From an uncultured Mycoplasmatota bacterium (GTDB lineage Bacteria > Bacillota_I > Bacilli_A > RF39 > UBA660), in the NCBI GenBank assembly GCA_949288035.1, contig CASEIJ010000022.1:23-64022 (forward strand): 64,000 nt of DNA. The letters are read 5' to 3'. The notes under the pieces were generated by a model, which saw nothing but the letters and a program-made list of their open reading frames with translations, did not search any database and was not told where the DNA came from. This document shows, in pieces, positions 58,192 to 64,000 of the stretch. The position numbers and the translations under genes were made by a program. Each line of letters begins with the position of its first letter. Position 1 is the first letter of the stretch.

Positions 58192-59274
58192 ATGAAAAAA
58201 AGAAGAAAATTAAAGAAAAAACCAGTGATTATTTTAGTAATTAGTATATTACTAATTGTTTTTTTCATTTGGTTTATAACATTGTTTGGTGCTGTATCAA
58301 GTAAATCAGAGCCAGTAACATTAACTGTTGAAAAAGGACAAAATTATTATTCGATTGCAGCGACTTTAAAAGAAAAGGGATTAATCCGTTCTGAATTGGC
58401 TTATAAATTATACTTGCGTATGCAGAAATTATCTCCATTAAAAGAAGGAAACTATAATTTGAATAAAAATATGGATTTAAAAACTTTGATTCATAGTTTA
58501 GCAGGTGATGAGAAATTTCATACTGGAGAAATTACGATTACTTTTCCAGAAGGAAAAAATATGAGACAAGTTGCGGCTATTATTGCAAATCATACGAATC
58601 ATACAGAGGAAGAAGTATTTACTCTATTACAAGATGAGACTTATTTAAATGAATTGATTCAAAAGTATTGGTTTATTACGGATGAAATTAAAAATCCAAG
58701 TATTTATTATTCTCTAGAAGGATATTTATTACCTGATACATATCGTTTTACAAATGAAGATGTTGAAATAAAGAAAATTTTTGAGAAAATGTTAGATGCT
58801 ATGAATCAGAAATTAACACCATATCAATCTCAAATTGAAGCAAGTAATTATTCATTTCATCAAATTTTAACAGTTGCTTCTATGTCAGAATTAGAGGCAA
58901 GTACTGATAGTGATCGTAGTATGGTATCACGTGTTTTTTATAACAGATTAGCGCAAAATATGACTCTAGGTAGTGATGTTACAACTTATTATGGAGCTAA
59001 AATAAATATTGGAGAACGTGATTTATATATGTCAGAAATTACTGAAGCCAATGCTTATAATACACGTAGTGCCGCTTCTAGTGGACATTTACCAGTAGGC
59101 CCGATTTGTAACCCTGGAATTCAGACAATTATAGGAGCGATTAATCCAGAAGCAAATAATTACTATTATTTTGTAGCCGATAAAAATAAAAAAGTATATT
59201 TTACTGAAACAAGTAGAGAACATGAAAATATTGTTGCAAAATTAAAAGAACAAGGTTTGTGGTTAACATGGTAA
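58192..59274 (+). CDS. mltG: Endolytic murein transglycosylase MltG (YceG-like)
   Basis: N-terminal TM. TFPEGKNMRQVA, LEGYLLPDTY, ASMSELEA, YNTR...GLP.GPICNPG. Confidence 0.85.
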   Translation: MKKRRKLKKKPVIILVISILLIVFFIWFITLFGAVSSKSEPVTLTVEKGQNYYSIAATLKEKGLIRSELAYKLYLRMQKLSPLKEGNYNLNKNMDLKTLIHSLAGDEKFHTGEITITFPEGKNMRQVAAIIANHTNHTEEEVFTLLQDETYLNELIQKYWFITDEIKNPSIYYSLEGYLLPDTYRFTNEDVEIKKIFEKMLDAMNQKLTPYQSQIEASNYSFHQILTVASMSELEASTDSDRSMVSRVFYNRLAQNMTLGSDVTTYYGAKINIGERDLYMSEITEANAYNTRSAASSGHLPVGPICNPGIQTIIGAINPEANNYYYFVADKNKKVYFTETSREHENIVAKLKEQGLWLTW

Positions 59275-59846
59275 TAAAAGATTTAGAAGATTATGCAAAA
59301 GAAAATCATGTACCAATTATGGAACATGATGGGATTGAATTTTTAACACAATATATAAAGGAACACGAAGAAATCAAAAATATTTTAGAAATTGGTTGTG
59401 CCATTGGTTATTCAGCTATTCGTATGGCTTTAATCAGAGATGATATTCATGTAACAACGATTGAAAGAGATCAAGAACGTTATTTGAAAGCAAAAGAAAA
59501 TGTAAGTACATTTCATTTAGAAGATCGCATTACGATTTTATTTCAAGATGCATTAGAAGTAGAACTAAACGAACAATATGATTTCATATTTATCGATGCA
59601 GCTAAAAGTCAGTATATTAAATTCTTTGAAAAATTTACACCATTGTTAAGTGAAAATGGGGTAGTTTTCTCAGATAACTTATTATTTCATGGTTATACCA
59701 AACAAAAAGAGAGAATAGAAAGTAAAAATTTAAGACAATTAGTACAGAAAATTAGAAAATATATTGTTTATCTAAAAGAAAATAAGAACTATGTGACTGA
59801 ATTTTATGATGTTGGTGATGGGATTGCTGTAACAAAGAGACGTTGA
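59259..59846 (+). CDS. SAM-dependent O-methyltransferase (YrrM/TrmR-like)
   Basis: ILEIGCAIGYSAIRMA SAM motif, FIFIDAAK. The start may instead be the ATG at 59268. Confidence 0.7.
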   Translation: MVNMVIKDLEDYAKENHVPIMEHDGIEFLTQYIKEHEEIKNILEIGCAIGYSAIRMALIRDDIHVTTIERDQERYLKAKENVSTFHLEDRITILFQDALEVELNEQYDFIFIDAAKSQYIKFFEKFTPLLSENGVVFSDNLLFHGYTKQKERIESKNLRQLVQKIRKYIVYLKENKNYVTEFYDVGDGIAVTKRR

Positions 59847-59860
59847 TTGTCTCTTTTTTT
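59835..59860 (+). terminator. Intrinsic terminator
   Basis: aagagac-gttgatt-gtctctt followed by TTTTT. Confidence 0.6.
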
Positions 59861-59915
59861 GACAAATAAAATAAAAAGTGATATTCTATTTCGCAGGTTT
59901 AAAGGGGGCATTGTT

Positions 59916-60998
59916 ATGAAGAGGAAGTATTTACAATTAAAAATATTGTGGGCACTTTTGTGTGCTAGTAGTATTACTGGTCTAACAATGGTGAAAGCAA
60001 ATCAAAATGAGGTAGATAGTGACGTTGCTGAAACGACGCTTGAGAATAGTGAATTATTAAATCGTTTTCATGATTTTTTAGATGATACGGATAGTGAATT
60101 TGAAACTTATGTACAAAATGTAGCTACTACTTTAAGTTTAGATCCAAATACTGCACTTTCTTACGTTTATCAAAATATTTCAAGTTTATCAAGTTCTAAA
60201 CAAATTAGTGCAGATATTGTTCGTATGTTAGCACAATTAAAATACAAAGATGTATCATTACCAAGTAATATGGGAACAAATTGGACGCTTACTGATTATT
60301 CTAATTATTTAAATACAGAAGAAGGGCAAAGACAATTACAACTTTGTAATATATATGGAATGGATCCCCATTTATTATTTGCACTAGAGAAAGTAGAATC
60401 AAACTTAGATCATTATAATCACATCGGTACTTATGATGCGAATGGGAAGTACTTATTTGCAGTTGGAATTACGCAACAAGAAAGAGCTAATTTTTACAGT
60501 GTAAATGCCAGTACGGAAGAAATTGCCTCTAAACCACCACGTACTGGATATAATTATGAGACAAATCAAATAGATTCTATTCCTTTATGTGAGGATCAAT
60601 TAAACGACTTTGATACCAATGTCAAATTAGGAATTATGGCTTTAAATGGAGCTCTGGGATTATCAGATTATGATATTTCATATGCTTTAGATATTTATAA
60701 CAAAGGAAAAGTAGGTGCTGATCGTTTTCGTGAACAAGGAATTGTCAGTGGAAGTCCTATTTATGTATCATCGGTATATCAAAATATTGTAGTACCATAT
60801 TTTGTATTTCAGACGAGTCCACAAGAAATGATGATTGTTGATTTAAATACTAATCAGAAATTCTACTGTTCGTTACTTACAAATGATGTATTAAAACCAT
60901 ATTGTGATGAATATCTTTCTTTTTTAACACAATTAAATGAACAAAAGATAAGTCAAGATGTGATTGATACAGAAGTGCAAAAGAGTTTGACTAAATAA
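59916..60998 (+). CDS. Secreted protein with lytic-transglycosylase (SLT)-like domain
   Basis: Signal peptide MKRKYLQLKILWALLCASSITGLTMVKA. ALEKVESNLD...AVGITQQ...YALDIYNKG resembles the SLT E-S / G-x-x-Q / AYNAG motifs. ATG at 59916 follows AAGGGGG. Confidence 0.5.
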   Translation: MKRKYLQLKILWALLCASSITGLTMVKANQNEVDSDVAETTLENSELLNRFHDFLDDTDSEFETYVQNVATTLSLDPNTALSYVYQNISSLSSSKQISADIVRMLAQLKYKDVSLPSNMGTNWTLTDYSNYLNTEEGQRQLQLCNIYGMDPHLLFALEKVESNLDHYNHIGTYDANGKYLFAVGITQQERANFYSVNASTEEIASKPPRTGYNYETNQIDSIPLCEDQLNDFDTNVKLGIMALNGALGLSDYDISYALDIYNKGKVGADRFREQGIVSGSPIYVSSVYQNIVVPYFVFQTSPQEMMIVDLNTNQKFYCSLLTNDVLKPYCDEYLSFLTQLNEQKISQDVIDTEVQKSLTK

Positions 60999-61068
60999 TT
61001 GGTTTACATATGAGAGATTTATTTCTCTTTTTTTTGGAATTTGGTATAATAAGAAAGTTGGTGATGTT

Positions 61069-61944
61069 ATGAAAAAATTAGTCGTTCCAAGTAGTATTCA
61101 AGCAATTCAAGATGAACTTTTTTTTGCGGATGCTTTCTTATTTGGGGTAAAGAATTTATCTGTACATTTTGAACATACATATTCATTAGATGAATTAAAA
61201 TCAGTGATTGAATTATTAAATGAACAAGGTAAAGAAGTTTTTTTGTCTTGTAATAAAAACTATGATCGCAATGATTTAGAAAAATTGGATGAGACTCTAA
61301 AAGAGATTGAATTATTGCCAGTTACTGGTGTATTTTTCTATGATCTTTCTGTTTTAGAATATGTACAAGAAAAATATCCAAATATTACCTTAGTATGGGA
61401 TCAAGAACATATGACGACCAATTATTTTAGTGCTGATTTCTATGAGAAACAGGGAGTAAAAGGGGTTTCTCTTTCTACGAATTTAACATTAAAAGAAATT
61501 ATAGAAATCAAAGGAAAAACAAATATGTTTTGTATCACACCTATTTTTGGTTATTATCCGATGTTTGAAAGTAAAAGACATCTTGTAAAAAATTATTTAG
61601 AAACATTTTCTTTAGAAGATCATCATGGAAATTATAAACTTGAAAAAGAAGGAAACACTTATCCTATTGTGGAACATAAATTTGGAACAACGGTTTATAC
61701 ATCTGTTCCTTTAAATGCAGTAAAAGAATCAAAAATATTAAAAGATCATGGAATAGATTATTTGTTATTTCAAGAACAGTTATTAGATCATGATTTATTT
61801 ATAGAAATAGTAAAATGTTATGAACAATATTTAAACTGTGGAGAAGAAAAGTGGATTGGTAAAATAGATCAATTATTAGAAGGGAAATATGATCTCGGAT
61901 TTTTATATAAAGAGACGATATACAGGGTGAAGAAAAATGGATAA
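61069..61944 (+). CDS. U32-family peptidase-like protein (YrrN-like)
   Basis: Assigned from its position and pairing with the downstream U32 gene. The motif match is weak. Confidence 0.5.
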   Translation: MKKLVVPSSIQAIQDELFFADAFLFGVKNLSVHFEHTYSLDELKSVIELLNEQGKEVFLSCNKNYDRNDLEKLDETLKEIELLPVTGVFFYDLSVLEYVQEKYPNITLVWDQEHMTTNYFSADFYEKQGVKGVSLSTNLTLKEIIEIKGKTNMFCITPIFGYYPMFESKRHLVKNYLETFSLEDHHGNYKLEKEGNTYPIVEHKFGTTVYTSVPLNAVKESKILKDHGIDYLLFQEQLLDHDLFIEIVKCYEQYLNCGEEKWIGKIDQLLEGKYDLGFLYKETIYRVKKNG

Positions 61945-63139
61945 AAGAGTAGAGTTATTAGCACCAGCAGGTTCATTAGAAAGTTTAAAATGGGCTATTT
62001 TATATGGTGCTGATGCAGTATATGTAGGTGGTCCAGGGTTTGGACTTCGTGCCAACGCCACAAATTTTACCATCGATGAATTAAAAGAAGCAGTAGAATT
62101 TACTCATCAACATCAGAAAAAATTATATGTTACAGTCAATATTGTGATGCATAATCAAGAAGTTGAAAAATTAGATGATTATTTAAAAAAGTTAGAAGAG
62201 ATTCAAGTAGATGCATTAATCATTAGCGATCCAGCTATTATACAATACGCGAAAGAACATACCTCATTAGAATTACATGTGTCAACACAACAATCAACTT
62301 TAAATTATCTTGGTGTCAAATATTTAAAAAAACTAGGTGCAAGCCGAGTTGTTTTAGCACGTGAAGCAACCAAAGAAGATATTGAAGATATTAAAAAACA
62401 TGTTGATATTGAAATAGAAACATTTATTCATGGAGCAATGTGCGCTTCCTTTAGTGGACGTTGTGTTTTATCAAACTATTTTACTGCTCGTGATTCCAAT
62501 CGTGGTGGTTGTAGCCAAATTTGTCGATGGGATTTTGATTTATTGGAAGATGATAAACCACAACAAGGAGAAAAACCATTTACATTCTGTACGAAAGATC
62601 TTTCTATGATTACAAAAATTCCAGAGATGATAGAATTAGGAATTGATTCTTTTAAGATTGAGGGAAGAATGCGTTCTATTTATTATATCGCAACTGTTGT
62701 AAGCACTTATCGTAATGTCATAGATGCATATTATGAGAATAAGCTCACGAGTGATATGATCGAAAATGCGAAAAAGATATTAGATGCGGTTGCGAATCGT
62801 GAGAGTACGGTTCAATTTTTTGATGGATATTATGGCAAAGATTGTCAATATTATAATGGTAGGTTAGAATTTTCAAATCAAGATTTTTTAGGAATTGTTC
62901 TTGATTATGATGAGAAAAACCATTTGGCTAAAATAGAACAACGCAATTATTTTAAAGTAGGGGATGTTGTTGAAGTATTTGGACCAAATCATTTTGTAAA
63001 CATTTTAAAATTATCACATATATATGATGAAGAGCACCATCCAATAGAAATAGTAAATCATCCTCGTCAAATTGTATGGATTGAGACGTATCAACCATTA
63101 CATGTCAATGATTTAATGAGAATGAAAAAAAGAGATTGA
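61937..63139 (+). CDS. U32-family peptidase (YrrO/RlhA-like)
   Basis: VELLAPAGSLESLKWAILYGADAVYVGGPGFGLRA, IHGAMCASFSGRCVLS, EGRMRS. Confidence 0.8.
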   Translation: MDKRVELLAPAGSLESLKWAILYGADAVYVGGPGFGLRANATNFTIDELKEAVEFTHQHQKKLYVTVNIVMHNQEVEKLDDYLKKLEEIQVDALIISDPAIIQYAKEHTSLELHVSTQQSTLNYLGVKYLKKLGASRVVLAREATKEDIEDIKKHVDIEIETFIHGAMCASFSGRCVLSNYFTARDSNRGGCSQICRWDFDLLEDDKPQQGEKPFTFCTKDLSMITKIPEMIELGIDSFKIEGRMRSIYYIATVVSTYRNVIDAYYENKLTSDMIENAKKILDAVANRESTVQFFDGYYGKDCQYYNGRLEFSNQDFLGIVLDYDEKNHLAKIEQRNYFKVGDVVEVFGPNHFVNILKLSHIYDEEHHPIEIVNHPRQIVWIETYQPLHVNDLMRMKKRD

Positions 63140-63206
63140 CAAAATGATTATTTCGTAGTATTATTTTGTAGATTTCATAGAAAGAAAGAAGATCAGAGGT
63201 GAAAGT

Positions 63207-63680
63207 ATGCAAACAAATACAAAAGAAATTTATTTAACTGAGAAAGGTTATGATGATATAAAAAAACAATTGGATGAATTAAAACTTGTAAAGCGTCCTG
63301 AAGTAATTCAAGCTTTAAAAGAAGCGCGTGCATTAGGAGATTTAAGTGAAAATGCAGAGTATGATGCAGCTCGTCAGGAACAAGCACAAGTAGAAGGTAA
63401 GATTGCAGAATTAGAAATGATGTTAGAAAAAGCAACGATTGTAAAAAATACAAATAAAGATACAATTGGAATTGGTTCTACTGTTAAAATATGTTATGTA
63501 GATGACGATGAAGAAGAAGAATATACCATTGTAGGAAGTAAAGAAGTAGATCCATTTGCAGGTAAAATTTCTAATGAAAGTCCAATTGCTCAAGCAATTT
63601 TAAATCATAAAGTAAATGATATTGTAGATGTTGTAAGTCCAGCTGGAAGTTATCCAGTTAAGATTTTAGAGATTTGCTAG
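63207..63680 (+). CDS. greA: Transcription elongation factor GreA
   Basis: LTEKGYDDIKKQLDELK...RPEVIQALKEARALGDLSENAEYDAARQEQ. Confidence 0.9.
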   Translation: MQTNTKEIYLTEKGYDDIKKQLDELKLVKRPEVIQALKEARALGDLSENAEYDAARQEQAQVEGKIAELEMMLEKATIVKNTNKDTIGIGSTVKICYVDDDEEEEYTIVGSKEVDPFAGKISNESPIAQAILNHKVNDIVDVVSPAGSYPVKILEIC

Positions 63681-63681
63681 A

Positions 63682-63712
63682 ATAAAAGTCATAAAAGACT
63701 TTTATTTTCTTG
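63682..63712 (+). terminator. Intrinsic terminator after greA
   Basis: ataaaagtc-ataaaa-gacttttat followed by TTTCT. Confidence 0.55.
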
Positions 63713-63719
63713 TATTTAC

Positions 63720-63748
63720 TTGAAAATAACGAGAATATTCGTTATACT
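63720..63748 (+). promoter_or_regulatory. Promoter of tig
   Basis: TTGAAA, 17 nt, TATACT. Confidence 0.45.
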
Positions 63749-63775
63749 ATTGGTTGTAAGGAAAGGTGTTAAAGA

Positions 63776-64000
63776 ATGAAAAAAGAATTTACAATTGAAG
63801 TAAAAGGAAAAGATTGGGAAGAAGCATTAGATAAAGCATTTCAAAAAGCTGTAAAAAATGTAAGAATAGATGGATTCCGTAAAGGAAAAGCTCCTAAAGA
63901 AATCTTTTTAAAGAAATATGGAAAAGAATCATTATATTTAGATGCGGCTGATATTGTGCTTCCTGATGCATATTCTAAAATGTTAGAAGAACATAAAGAT
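63776..64000 (+). CDS. tig: Trigger factor, 3'-truncated by the window edge
   Basis: Not in the ORF track because it is open-ended. MKKEFTIEVKGKDWEEALDKAFQKAVKNVRIDGFRKGKAPKEIFLKKYG... contains the GFRKGK ribosome-binding motif. RBS AAAGGTG. Confidence 0.8.
   Translation, partial: MKKEFTIEVKGKDWEEALDKAFQKAVKNVRIDGFRKGKAPKEIFLKKYGKESLYLDAADIVLPDAYSKMLEEHKD

Noticed and set aside
1-64000. Prophage, ICE, IS element or CRISPR-Cas content
   Set aside because: No integrase, transposase, recombinase, terminase, capsid, relaxase or cas-like ORF is present in the six-frame track, and no spacer-repeat array exists. The accessory inserts are small and lack mobility genes.

Overview
This is a 64-kb chromosomal window from a low-GC Bacillota genome, roughly 30% GC by eye. 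The organism is probably a spore former, because gpr, spoIIP and spoVS are present. All calls come from reading the ORF translations and the DNA; no database search was run.

Most of the window is housekeeping, arranged in blocks that match Bacillus subtilis gene order:
- ruvA-ruvB-miaA
- rpsT-gpr-spoIIP-(small membrane protein)-lepA
- gpsB-rnpB, then rodZ-like-pgsA-recA
- T-box-alaS ... ireB-ruvX-DUF1292-mltG-O-methyltransferase-U32-U32-greA-tig

RNA genes are RNase P RNA, tRNA-Ser(GCU), tRNA-Gly(UCC) and tRNA-Gly(GCC). Many genes share a compact TATAAT - short spacer - GGTGAT - ATG architecture. I saw no integrase, transposase, CRISPR array or prophage.

Small accessory inserts interrupt the conserved blocks and hold the interesting material:
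1. A very AT-rich three-gene island (53.9-57.1 kb) sits between alaS and ireB. It encodes a WYL-domain regulator, a 655-661 aa PfkB-kinase/SIS-domain fusion and an unknown protein. This is my best candidate for an undescribed system, either defence-like or phosphosugar or nucleoside-directed.
2. An adenine-stripped, GC-shifted patch lies at the 3' end of a surface-protein gene (about 1060-1203). It looks like a diversity-generating retroelement variable region, but no RT or template repeat is in the window.
3. A solitary MspI/HinP1I-like nuclease-fold gene sits next to tRNA-Gly, with an inverted 20-nt copy of the tRNA anticodon arm downstream.
4. A T-box leader drives a phage-type dNMP-kinase-like gene translationally coupled to an unusually short AlaRS.
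5. A collagen-like BclA-type gene, a leader-peptide-controlled ABC-F gene and a MerR-type 19-bp-spacer promoter are also present.
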